33,893 bases of DNA from the NCBI GenBank assembly GCA_003344405.1, contig NOWV01000182.1, positions 124,001 to 157,893 on the forward strand, written 5' to 3'. A model generated the notes under the pieces. It saw only the letters and a program-made list of their open reading frames with translations, did not search any database and had not been told where the DNA came from. Below are positions 22,112-33,893 of this stretch, in pieces. The first letter of the stretch is position 1; each line of letters opens with the position of its first letter. Source of the DNA: Trichoplax sp. H2. Taxonomy: Eukaryota. The translations under genes and the position numbers were made by a program.

Positions 22112-23071
22112 ATGCTTAATAATACTACTATTACACTGCCGCTAGAAAATTCTGATTTTTTAATCGTTCAGTTTTCTCTTACTACATTGACATTGGTTAG
22201 CAATATCGCTCTGGTAATAATCGTGGCGTTCTCTAAAAATATAAATGATTTATCTTATAACTTTGTTATGAATGTGTCTATATCCGATATTATTTCATCT
22301 ATCATACAGTATACATATGCCGTTACTGCAATATCAACCGTTTCAATGTCTAGACCTGTAGGTGTTGTTGTATGTCGAATAGCATATGGAGTTACTGCTA
22401 CATCGATCAATGCCTCTATTACAAGTTTAACTATGATAAGTATCTATCGATTAAAAATCGTCAGTTGTCCTTTGACATTTCGAAACACAATTATTTTTAA
22501 ACATTGTACTAAGTTTATTATACTCTCTTGGCTTATAAGTGTCGTATTCGCTATCCCTGCTTTCCTAATAGGAACTTATAATTCAGTCACAAAAAGCTGC
22601 GACTTTGGCTTCCCTTATGGTAACATCTTTAACGCTATCTATTTTTCGATTATCTTACTATTCGTGTACTTGATTCCAGGAATAATAATGTTAAGGAATT
22701 ATAAACGTATCGCAATCAGTTTATCTTCTCAAATATCTGATAACACTGCTATATCTCATAACCGTGAATCTTCCATTAATCGGATAAGAAACGTTATTCG
22801 AGTTTTCATTATCGCGACACTGGCACAAACATTACTGACATTGCCCTATATTTTATCTGTCTTGACTTATTCAATACTCAATCAGAATCAATTTCAGCTA
22901 CTATTTGATAATTCTTAATTTTTAGCAATCATTTGGTTATCGTTTTCAACAAATCTCATTTCCTACTTAGTAAATCCATTTATGTTTTTGGTTTTCGATA
23001 AAAATATTAGAATTGCGGCGTGTGATTTATGTCTTCGAATTCGTGATAATTGTAGTGATACGAAATCATAA
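22112..23071 (+). pseudogene. Class A GPCR copy 3 with a premature stop at codon 269 (6-TM truncation)
   Basis: Homologous ATG at 22112. TAA at 22916-22918 where copies 1 and 5 have CAA. The frame continues FLAIIWLSFSTNLISYLVNPFMF...TKS to TAA at 23069-23071, 960 nt in total, the same as intact copies. Confidence 0.85.
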
Positions 23072-25555
23072 ATAATTATCAAAGTAGCTACATCAGATAC
23101 ATTATCGTTTTCACTTAGACACTTAGTCTCAGATAGCTTGCATAGCGTGCTATTTATAGCGTCAATTACTACCTAACTCTGATTCTGAAATGGATCAAAT
23201 TGCTACTATAGTAACTTTGATACAGTATAATGATAGAGAACCTCTTTACTATATAATAGGTTAGTTGTTATCCAATCCTTATTCTAAAGCGGATCAAATT
23301 ACTACAATAATAACTTCGAAACGAAATCAAGTCAGAGTACTTGCTCACTATTTGTGGGATTACTAGTTATCCAATTTTTATTCTAAAGTCAGATAGACCA
23401 AATTACTACCATAATAACTTTGAGACGGAATAATATTAGATCTCGTACTCTCTATCAATAAGCTTATTGGTTATCTAGTTGCCATTTTAAAATAGACCAA
23501 ATTACTAACATAATAACATGACACGAAAAAATCTTAGAACTTGCTTAATCTTTATACGGTCAATGGTTATATAATCGATATTTTTAAGATGGATCAAAAT
23601 TACTATTATGAAAACTTGTTATACTGTGGGCAATGATAACGATATCTTCTTTTGATGATATTAGTCTCTTCTACAGTTTTCCTGATTTTATCATGTACTT
23701 AATCTGGTAGAAATCGAAATCTGTAGGCGACGACAGCTTTTGAACTTACTTTCTTGCTATTTCGAGTATACACGTAGACTCGAATAAATGACGTGCAAGA
23801 AATGAAAAATACTCGTATGCCCTCGTCCGGCGAACTTGAACCGGAAAAAATTAAAGCAAGCTCTTAACCAATACGCAATATTCAATGACTATCAACAAGA
23901 CTAGTTAAATTATTACAGCCTTATAATAGTAAATTAAAATGATTATAATCATTGATACTTGACTGAATTATGTCAAAGAAATTGATAATAATTATGCTAC
24001 TTTTAATCGTCTCTCATTAAGTAAAAATCGTCGCCGGTAAACATTAGTCGGCTTTATTTTATACATGCTATATCTCGTGTACTTTGCATGATAACTTTAC
24101 AGACTTATCAAGGTTAAGGATTTAATGCTATTATTATCGGATTTTATCCTAACATCGATAGGGTCTCGACGAATCTATATTGTTTTGACTAATGGAGGCT
24201 GAGCCAAAAGTTCATTCAATTTTTTATTTCTCCATAATACACCTAATAGGGCAACGATACAAATATTTTCATTTAATTGTGATTGAATACTATATAAATA
24301 TAATAATGAAAGCTTTCTTTAATAATTAAAACTGATTAGAGTGTGCTATGGAGCTAATAAAATGAAGCTAGTAATTAGAATGGGCATTGAAATATAACTT
24401 TTAATTCTAATTTTGGGCCCATTAAATACTCAATAGTACAGCAAAGACGTATTACCTATTTATAAACTGGTAACTGTTAATACATTCTGCAGCATATTTT
24501 ATGGAAGACATTGACAGTTAATAGGCTAATTATTATAGCTATGCGTTGAGGGTATAAAATTACTTGCTAACTTTCTACCGTATCTAGCTCTATTTTATAC
24601 TTTAAGTTCTAATTAATTGAGCTATTCAAGACTTGATACTGTAGATAAATGGTTATTAATCGATTTTCTAGCAAGTATTATAGACCAAAGATAAGTAGAA
24701 ACTATCAAGTTACTGTAATCAAAATTATGTCTTAAAACATAATTGAACTCTGATAACTACATGTCCAAAGATTGAAATCATCTTTGGGCTAATTAAGTTG
24801 ATAGCCGTTACTAATAGTATTTCATACTTCATTTTATTAATAAATAGGATTTAGCTCCATAACAAAACTTTAGTAGGTATAAGCATGATTAACAAATAAT
24901 CTGACTTAAAATTTCAATATTGACCATTCTTTTCCCTTAAAATTGTATTATAATCCTTTCTTATTCTGTTCATTCTCGAAATTTAAAATAATTTGAAACT
25001 AAAATAAGACTAACCGCCCAATCGGTCTATACATTCTATTTATTTTAAAGGTAGGCGATATGTATTATAAAAATTGACAATCATTTAACGTTACATACTA
25101 ACACTGTACAAGAGTGCGGATAAGAAGCTATTCAATTAACGTTTATTTAGCGTTATATCGATGATTTATAATTGCTTGCGACTTTTCAGAGTTACATTAG
25201 CAATATCTTTTATCAATGTATAACAATAAATAAGTGATTACATAGTAGTTAAGAGAAAATTACTGAATTAATAAGTATAACAAATTGATGTGAAAACACT
25301 ACTACCAGATGTTACAGCTGTTAAATTTAAAGTATTAATGCATTTGAGATAATTATAACTCGGCTAAGGCTATAAGAGTAAAATTAGGAGAATTCTCTTT
25401 AATCGTTGAACGTATTTCCAAACTCAATTCAATCAAGAAAGGTTAGATTACAATCAAGTATTAACGGACTCGATCATTCTACGACCAAATAAGCATATTT
25501 AATTGCATCGATCTTTTGCAATAGATATAGATTAAAAATATCAACTCAAACAACT

Positions 25556-26516
25556 ATGTTTAATAATACTACTATTACGCTGCCGCAAGAAAATTTTCCT
25601 TTCTTAGTCGTCCAGTTTTGCTTTACTACATTGACATTGGTTAGCAATACCGTTCTAGTGGTGATCGTGGCGTTCTCTAAAAATTTACACGATTTATCTT
25701 ATAACTTTATTATTAATATATCCATATCCGATATTATTTCAACGATCGGAATGTATACATATGCTGTTACAGCAATGCCAACCGTTTCAATGTCTAGACC
25801 TGTAGGTGCAGTTTTATGTCGATTAGTATATGGACTTTTGATTGTATCGACTAATACCTCTATTACAAGTTTAACTATGATAAGTATCTATCGATTAAAA
25901 ATCGTCACTTGTCCATTAACATTTCGAAACATGGTCATTTTTAAACATTGTACTAAATTTATTGTACTATCTTGGCTTATGGGCATCGTATTCGCTATCC
26001 CTCCTTTCCTAATAGGAGCTTATAATCCAGCGACAAAAACCTGCGACATTAGTTTCCCTTATGGTAAAGTCTTCAACATTGTCTATTTTTCGACTAACTT
26101 ACTATTTATCTACTTGATTCCAGGAATAATAATGTTAAGGAATTATAGACGTATCACAATCAGCTTATCTTCTCAAATACGTAATAACACTGCTATAGCT
26201 CATGACCGTGAAGCATGTATTAATCGCACAAGAAGCGTTATTCGCGTTTTTATCATCACGACACTGGCACAGACTTTACTGACATTGCCATATACTATAT
26301 CTGTCTTGATTTATTCAATACTCAATCAAAATCATTTCCAGCTACTATTTGATAATCTCCAGTTTTTTTGTAATTTTCTTGCTATTATTTGCGATCAATA
26401 TCTTATCCTACTTAGTAAACCCATTTATATTCTTAGTTTTCGATAAAAATGTTAAAATTGCAGCGCATAATTTATATCTTCGAATTAGTGATCGTTGTAG
26501 TAGTGTAAAATCGTGA
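25556..26516 (+). pseudogene. Class A GPCR copy 4 with a +1 frameshift in a T homopolymer before TM7
   Basis: T7 at 26363-26369 versus T6 in copy 1. Removing one T restores ...YLVNPFIFLVFDKNVK...VKS-TGA at 26514-26516 (961 nt). Could be a sequencing error. Confidence 0.75.
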
Positions 26517-29184
26517 GCAATTTATCAAAGTAGATGTATCAGATATTATTTTTTACTGGCCACTTCGTATTAAATAGCTTGCACACTATTTATAGCGTTA
26601 ATTGCTATCTAACTGTTATTCTGAAATGGATCTAAATGCTCTTATAGTAGCTTTGATATGAAATATTAATAGAGAATATCCTCACTATTCAAGAGGTTTA
26701 AACATAGGGTTAATTGCTATCTAGTTATTATTCTAAAATGGATCAAATTACTACTATAATAGCGTGATACGAAATAATGGAAGAGAACTTGCTTACTCTT
26801 ATACAGTTCATAGCTATCTAATCGTTATTTTCAAATGGATCAAACTCTCTACTATGATAACTTTGCTATACTTTAGAGCCATGTTATCGACATTATCCTA
26901 AAATGATATCAATAAATTATCCGTTTGAATGAATACAAACGTATCCTGCACAAAGAAACACATTAATTAAAGAAAATTTACAGCTAGGCTATTTTACTAA
27001 ACGAGTATACGCTTCCGAGAAGGTAAAATTAGAGATCAAGCCCATACAACAAGTATACTATTATTATATCGGTTTATTTTATATTCAGTAAATGGTCTGG
27101 AATATAAAAATTGCTTATGTGTATTCTATTCGTCTGCATAGTCTTTACATCTTGACGACTTAAAATAAAGTGCTATGCTTTAATTTTTCTACGTTGTTAT
27201 GTAAGAAACTTGTACAATTACAACTTTACCCAATTTTTATTTTTGTAAATAGCGATATTATTTATATCAATCATAAAATTGTGTATTTCTGATATTTTTC
27301 AAATTAAATAAATTACGTTATCAACATAATGACTGCTATATTTAGCTATTTGTGCATTTTTAGCTAAAATTTTAATATTACTTAAGCTCGCATGTGGCTA
27401 AAAACAATGTATAGTTGACTATGAGCAAACATCGATCGGTCTAAATATAATTTAATTTTATTCAATGTTTGCTCTTATGATTTATTAGCAGTAATGGCAA
27501 ACCTTGGCCTAACTACAAATTTTGTTAGCTTCACATGGTAGGGATACGTTTAATCAGCTTTATAACATTATTACTTTATATCTTTAGAACACATGAGCTG
27601 GTTCTAATACACTCTATTGCTTAGTGTTGAAACATCAGATAAATTACGTAAGGATTATTACGAAGCGAATTCTCACAAATTTTAAATTTCATCATCCAGT
27701 ACTTTTCAGATTTTAATTCGAAAACTTAATTCTATAGCATTTCTAAACACTGTTGTATTTATAGTTTCAATTTCTGAAATTATACTAAAGCTGATATAAT
27801 GTATGATGTGCAATGTTATTTTACAGTTATCGTGATTTATCATATACCGTACTTAATCAAGTGGAAATCAAATGCTGATGGGCAACGAGAGCTCTTGAAC
27901 TTGTTTGCTTACAATTTCGAGTAAACACGTGCGTTTAAAATAAATGACATGCAACAAATGGAAATTACTCGTATACCGCTCGTCTGGCGAACTTGAACTG
28001 GAAAAAAATTAAAACATGCTGTTAATCATTACGCAATATTCAATGGCTATTGCTAAGATTCGTTAAATTACTATAGTATTAATTAGTAAATTAAAATGAT
28101 TTTAACTATTGATATTTGTCTGGATTATGACAAAGAAATTGATAATAATTATGATAGTTTTAATAGCCTTTCATTAAGTAAACATTCTCATGGTTGAATA
28201 TTAGTCAATTTTATTTTGTACAACCTGTATCTCCATAACCTAGTACGATAGCTTCGTAGACTTATCAAGGCTAAGGATTTAATACTATTATCTCATACTA
28301 ATGTCTATAATGTCTCAATGAATCTAGGTTGCCTTGACTAATAGAGGCTGATCTAAAATTTTTTTTAACTTTTCATTTCTTTATAATGTACCTAATAGAG
28401 TAACAATACAAATATTGTTATTTAATTGAGAACAAATACTGCATAAACATAAGAATTTAATTTTCTTCAATTATCAAAATTGATTAATGTGTACTACTAA
28501 ACTAATAGATGAAGCTGATAATTAAAAAATAAGACATTGTAATGTAACCTTTGATTCTAATTTTAGGCCCAATGAATACTCAATAGTACGACAAAGATAT
28601 ATTTCCTATTCGTAAACTGGTACCTGTCGATACATTCTACATCATATTTTACAGTAGAAGAAATTCAAAATTAATAGGCAATCATTATAACTATACTTGG
28701 AGTATAAAATTACTTGCTAACTTTCTGTCGTATCTAGCTCTATTTTATGCTTTAAGTTGAAATCCCAATTAATTCCGAGTTATCTAAGACTTCATACTAT
28801 ACATGAATAGCTATCAATTGATTTACTAGCAAGTATTACATGCCAAAGACAAGTAGAAACTATTCAGTTACTGTAATGAAAATCATGTCTTAAAACATAA
28901 TTGAGCTCTGCTATCTACATATCTAAAGATTAAAATCGTCTTTTGAGCTAATTAAGTCTCATAACCGTTACTAAAAGTATTTGATACTCTATTCTATTAA
29001 TAAATAAGGTTTAGTGCCATAGCCAAACTTTAGTCTGCCAAACTTTAGTCGGTATAATCCCGATAAACAAATCATCAGACTTGAAACTTCAGTATTGACC
29101 ATTCTTTCTCCTTGAAATCTTTTGTAATCCTTTCTTATTCTATTTATTCTCTACGTTTAAAAATAATTTGAAACTAAAGTAGGG

Positions 29185-29746
29185 TTATGACGAAATCTGA
29201 TCACAAAAATTCCAAAGTTGTAGAAAATTAGAACTTTATTAGATCTAATACAAAGACTAGCTACACACAGCTCTACTCTAGCTAAATATAAGTACTGAAA
29301 AACTTCCAAAAAGAACAACAGATAATCTAATGTCTCCTGCTTTTATACCTTTCATAGCCTTCGCAGCTACAATCAGCATAGCAACACTCTATCATATTTT
29401 GCACATATTCAGCTTATTATTAGTCACAATATTTTACAACGAACCGCTATTAATCCAATATGGAAATGATTACAACATTTTCGTAGACATTATTCCTACC
29501 ACTCAAAGTATAATGAACTAAGAATATCCTAATATGTGATTTTAAATTCTATTTCTACCTCTAACCTTATTAGTAGCTCAACATCTTTCTGTATATAGCC
29601 ATCTGTACTCTAGCATAGAGTCTATCCTTACAGTCTATAATTATGGGCTACTAAATATATCATAAGATAAATATAGAAAAGACACTACCGTACGTCATAC
29701 TAAACATGGCTAATAGTCTACAATTGCAATATTAAGTTACTTTACA
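29185..29746 (-). mobile_element. 562-bp solo-LTR-like insertion with a 4-bp target-site duplication (AGGG)
   Basis: It interrupts the conserved CTAAA.TAGG.CTAACTG site. AGGG at 29181-29184 and 29747-29750. On the minus strand it begins TGTAAAG, contains TATAAAAG (complement of 29340-29347) and then AATAAA (complement of 29235-29240). The other end is not a canonical CA. Confidence 0.7.
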
Positions 29747-30208
29747 AGGGCTAACTGTTCAATTGGTCTATATACATGTACTCTATTTACTTCAAAAAAC
29801 GACATACGTTATAAAAATTGACAATCATTTAACGTTACATTCTTATTACTGTCATTGTAATGCCTTTCATTAAGAATAACAACAGATAAATGATTATCTA
29901 ATAGTAAAGAGAAATTAGCTCAATTAAGTATGACAAATTGATATGAAAACAATACTGCCAGATGTTACCGCTATCAAGTTTCAAGCATTAATGTACTAGG
30001 GATAATTACAAGACGGCTTAGATTACAAGTGTAAAACTAGAAGAGTTCCCTTTCAATCGTTGAACGTATTTCCAAAACTCAATTAATCAAGAAACGCTAC
30101 GTCATAATCGAGTATTAACAGATTTAATCAATCCACAGTCAAATAGGCTTATTTAATCGTATAGAATTTTAGCTATAATTGTAGATTAAAACATCCAACT
30201 CATCGATT

Positions 30209-31168
30209 ATGTTTAATAATACTACTCTTACACAATCGCAAGAAAATTTTGCTCTTATAGTTATCCAGTTTAGCCTTATTACGTTGACATTGGTTAGCAA
30301 TATCGCTCTAGTAGGGATCGTGGCGTTCTCTAAAAATTTACATGATTTATCTTATAACTTTATTATTAATGTATTTATATCTGATATTCTCTCATCAATC
30401 ATACAGTGTACATATGCCATTACAGCAATCTCAACCGCTTCAATATCTAGGCCTGTTAGTGTACTTATATGTCGATTAGGATATGGACTTATGGTTACAT
30501 CGGCCAACACCTCTATTGCAAGTTTAACTATGATAAGTATCTATCGATTAAAAATCGTCAGTTGTCCTTTAACATTTCGCAACACGATCATTTTTAAACA
30601 TTGTACTAAGTTTATTATACTCTCTTGGCTTATGGGCGTCGTATTCGCTATCCCTGCTTTCCTAATAGGAGCTTATGATCCAGAAACGAAAGGCTGTGAC
30701 ATTGGCTTCCCTTATGATAAAGTCTTCAACATTGTCTATTTTTCGATTACTTTACTATTTGTCTACTTGATTCCAGGAATAATAATGTTAAGGAATTACA
30801 AACGTATCGCAATCTGTTTATCTTCTCAAATATCCGATAATACTGCTATAGCTCAAGACCGTAACGCTTCTATTAATCGCACAAGAACCGTTATTCGAGT
30901 CTTTATCATCGTGACAGTTGCACAAACATTACTGCCATTGCCCTATATTATATCTGTCTTAACTTACTCAATACTCAATCAGAACCAATTTCAGTTACAC
31001 GCTGATATTCCCCAACTTTCTGTAATCATCTGGCTATCGTTCGTTATCAATATAGCATCCTACCTAGTAAATCCATTTATGTTCTTAATTTTCGATAAAA
31101 ATATTAGAATTGCAGCGCATGATCTATGTCTTCGAATTTATGATAGCTGTAGTTTTACGAAATCATGA
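30209..31168 (+). CDS. Class A (rhodopsin-like) orphan GPCR, copy 5, intact, 319 aa
   Basis: Same 7-TM motifs and length as copy 1, ATG to TGA, no disruption. Confidence 0.92.
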   Translation: MFNNTTLTQSQENFALIVIQFSLITLTLVSNIALVGIVAFSKNLHDLSYNFIINVFISDILSSIIQCTYAITAISTASISRPVSVLICRLGYGLMVTSANTSIASLTMISIYRLKIVSCPLTFRNTIIFKHCTKFIILSWLMGVVFAIPAFLIGAYDPETKGCDIGFPYDKVFNIVYFSITLLFVYLIPGIIMLRNYKRIAICLSSQISDNTAIAQDRNASINRTRTVIRVFIIVTVAQTLLPLPYIISVLTYSILNQNQFQLHADIPQLSVIIWLSFVINIASYLVNPFMFLIFDKNIRIAAHDLCLRIYDSCSFTKS

Positions 31169-32452
31169 TTAATTTATCAAATACAAACATCAGATGCGGT
31201 AACATTTTCATTAGACAGTTAGTCTTAAATAGCTTGCATACTATTTATAGCATTAATTACTATCCAATCATCATTCTGAAATGGATCTAATTACCACTAT
31301 AGTAATCTCGATACAGAATAGCAATAGAAGACCTGTTCACTATTTAACAGGTTAATTGTTATCACATACTAATATTGTTGTATTTATAGATTTAATTCCC
31401 GAAATTATACTAAATGATGTACTTTATGATGTGAAATGATATTAACAGTTATCGTGATTTATCACATAATTAATCTGGTGAAAATCGAAAGCCGTAGGGC
31501 AACGACAGCATTTGAGCTTATCAAATTATTACTTCGAGTATGCATTTGAAATATACCACATGTAACAAATGAAAAATTCTAAAATTAGATAGACCGAATA
31601 GCTACTGTAATAAATTGGATGCGAAATAGTATTAGAGCACTTGTTCACTATTTATGGGGTTAATGGTTATCCACTCCTTATTCTGAAATTAGATAGACCA
31701 AATTACTATTACAATAACTTTGATACGAAATATTGTTAAAGCTCTTGCTCGCTATTGACCTGTTCGACGTATAAGATGTTAGAACTTGCTTACTCTTTAT
31801 GCTGTTAATAATGGTTATCTTATCGCTATTTCTAAATGGATCAAAATGATTACTATGATAACTTTGTTATACTTTTATCTTGTTCTTAATCTGATGGAAA
31901 TCGAAATCTGTAACACAGCGACAGCACTTGAAATTATGTGTTTATTATTTCGAGTATACATTTGAAATAAATGACATGTAGCAATGAAAAATACAGTACG
32001 CGTATACCGTTCGTCTGGTGACCGTGAACTGGAAAAATAATAAAAGTACGCTCTTAACTAATACGCAATACGTAATGGCTATCACTAAGACTCGTTAAAT
32101 TATCATAATCTTATAATAGTACATTAAAATGATTTTAATCATTGACACTTGACTGAATGTCAAAGAAATAGACAACGATTACGCTACTTTTAATCGCCTT
32201 CCATAAATAAAAGTTGTCTTCGATGAACATTAGCCAATTCTATTTCATACAAACTGTACATATTTTCTTTACCTTATGCAATAGCTTTACAGACTTATCA
32301 AGATTAAGGATTTAGTACTATTATTATACGATTTCCTACTAATATCTATAGGATCTCTATGAATCTAGATTGTCTTGACTAATAGAGGCCGATGTAAGAG
32401 TTCGTTCAACTCTTTATTTCTTTATAATACACTAAATGGAGCAATGATAGGA

Positions 32453-32815
32453 TGTTACGATGCGTAAGCTCGTCCTAATTATTGGAGTTTCTGACGAGAC
32501 TATAAAAGGCTGGTGCCTGAAGATTCCTTTTTTAGTTAGTTAGTTAGTCGGTTAGATAGTCAACTAGTTTTTCAATTGATATTTAATTGTAAAGGCTATA
32601 ATCTTGGGTGCCGAGATTTCTTCAGTATTAAATGATAGTAAATCTCTGTCTTTCTCGTCTACACTAAATGTGACGCTATAATTATACCACAGTATTCGGT
32701 CATTGGAACTGAATTATTTGGTGATATAGCTAATCTCGCCTCTTAAAGTTAGTAAGTGGCGTTCTTCGCAAGGATTGGCGTGTGTAGACTACTTTGTCAC
32801 TAGTGGTGTGTGACA
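32453..32815 (+). mobile_element. 363-bp solo LTR with a 5-bp target-site duplication (TAGGA)
   Basis: TGTTAC...GTGACA ends. TAGGA at 32448-32452 and 32816-32820. TATAAAAG at 32501, (TTAG)n at ~32531-32548, ATTAAA at 32627. The empty site GCAACAATAGGAATATTTT is seen in unit 1 (~14180-14198). Confidence 0.85.
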
Positions 32816-32860
32816 TAGGAATATTTTCATTTATTTGCGATTGAATATTCCATAAATATA

Positions 32861-33528
32861 TGTTACAATTCCTTTATTTACTAACCGAGCTGGCACTCCG
32901 GTCGGGGTTCCACGAATTAATCAAAAATGTAGTATTTACGATTTTCTTATATTTTCACTTCGTCTACACCATTACTTGCGGTCTCATAACCTAGTCGTCG
33001 TGTTCGCGAGGATTTCAAGACAGACCTCGCTCGATTCCTAACGTAGGGATCTTGTATCTGCGCTATATTATGTACCTACAGCACAATACAGTACCTGAAG
33101 TTCCCTCTATAGTATTGCAGTATTTATTTATATCAGTGTGCATCGTGGGAATTTCAAGGTCTCTTTCTTTCTATTAAGTAATTAATTAATTGATATTAAA
33201 CGTACTTGCTCGACAAATTTATTAAAAGTGCAGGAAAATATAGTAAATGAAGTCTATATTAGTCCCTTCTTAAGTGATGAAAGCGTGCTGCGCATTTAGA
33301 AAGTCCTCCTTAAATCGTTTATTAATTAACTGTAAACATATTCGAACACACCCTTGTATCAGTAATCAAACATGACAAAAGCGCAATATCAGGGACTCCT
33401 ACAGAAACATTTTACACATAAAGTCAAAAAAATCTTATCTAACAAAATAACTGCCTTTCAACATATTCCCAAACTGACCGAGAAGGACCATTTCCTTTAC
33501 TCAAAAATATTTCTTTGCAGTACACGAA
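32861..33528. mobile_element. ~670-bp non-homologous segment beginning TGTTACAA, replacing ~0.8 kb of the unit 6 upstream region
   Basis: Unit homology stops after CATAAATATA (32860) and resumes at CTAACATTGTACAA (~33531, equivalent to ~21652 in unit 3). Read on the minus strand, the left end is AATAAAGGAATTGTAACA, like an LTR 3' end. No target-site duplication was found. Confidence 0.45.
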
Positions 33529-33530
33529 TG

Positions 33531-33893
33531 CTAACATTGTACAAAAGTATGGTAATAACAATAAGCAATTCAATCAACTCTTATATAACGTAATAACGAT
33601 AATTCTACAATTGCTTTGCAATTTTAAGAATATTATCAGCAATATCTTTTATCAATGAATAATAATAGATAAAATGATTTCGTAGTAGTCAAGGAATAAT
33701 TGCTCAATTAAGTATAACAAATTAGTGTGAAACGCTACTACCAGGTGTTACAGCTGGTAAATTTAAAACATTAATGTACTTGAGATAATTGCAATACGGC
33801 TTAGGCTACAGAGTAAAATTAAGAAAATTCTCTTCAATCGTTGAACGCATTTCTAAACTCAATTCAATCAAGTAGCGTTAAATTACAATCAAG
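33531..33893 (+). promoter_or_regulatory. Proximal upstream (promoter/5'UTR) region of a sixth GPCR copy whose ATG should lie ~100 nt beyond the window
   Basis: The window end ATTACAATCAAG aligns with 25447-25458, which is 98 nt upstream of the copy 4 ATG. Confidence 0.75.

Larger units (their letters stand above)
13535..33893 (+). repeat. Head-to-tail tandem segmental array of GPCR units (5 complete coding copies plus the upstream region of a 6th)
   Basis: Non-coding landmarks recur in the same order, e.g. GTAGGGCAACGACAGC...TTGAACTT near 13545, 17095, 23724, 27880, 31495 and 31915, and AAAACACTACTACCAGATGTT before each ATG. ATG-to-ATG spacings are 3588, 3037, 3444 and 4653 nt. Confidence 0.95.

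Noticed and set aside
22916-22921. Programmed stop-codon readthrough in copy 3
   Set aside because: TAA-TTT is not a known leaky context. A C-to-T nonsense change is simpler.
29330-29521. 63-aa hydrophobic ORF (also 13992-14189 and 33372-33593)
   Set aside because: These lie within or across insertions, are short, and show no transposase, gag or pol motifs.

Overview
AT-rich eukaryotic (animal) genomic DNA. It is most likely placozoan (Trichoplax-like); this is inferred from short introns, a PEX16 exon pattern resembling the vertebrate gene, and a tandem array of intronless orphan GPCRs. No prokaryotic features are visible. The window has three parts. (1) Two tandem, intronless, minus-strand paralogues encode ~12-TM proteins (2605-4020, 6243-7643) that appear to be three fused CD20/MS4A-like 4-TM modules. 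This is the most novel element here. (2) A 10-exon PEX16 gene on + (9831-13065, 341 aa, reconstructed by hand) is preceded by a region strongly enriched in TACAG/CTGTA motifs. (3) A head-to-tail array of 3.0-4.7 kb units runs from ~13.5 kb to the window end, each unit carrying a class A (rhodopsin-like) GPCR. Two copies are intact, one has an in-frame TM3-TM4 replacement, two are broken at the same codon (269-271), and a sixth should start just past the window. Comparing units reveals solo-LTR-like insertions (three with TGTTAC ends clustered at one homologous spot), a ~100-bp minisatellite behind each receptor, and mosaic paralogues.
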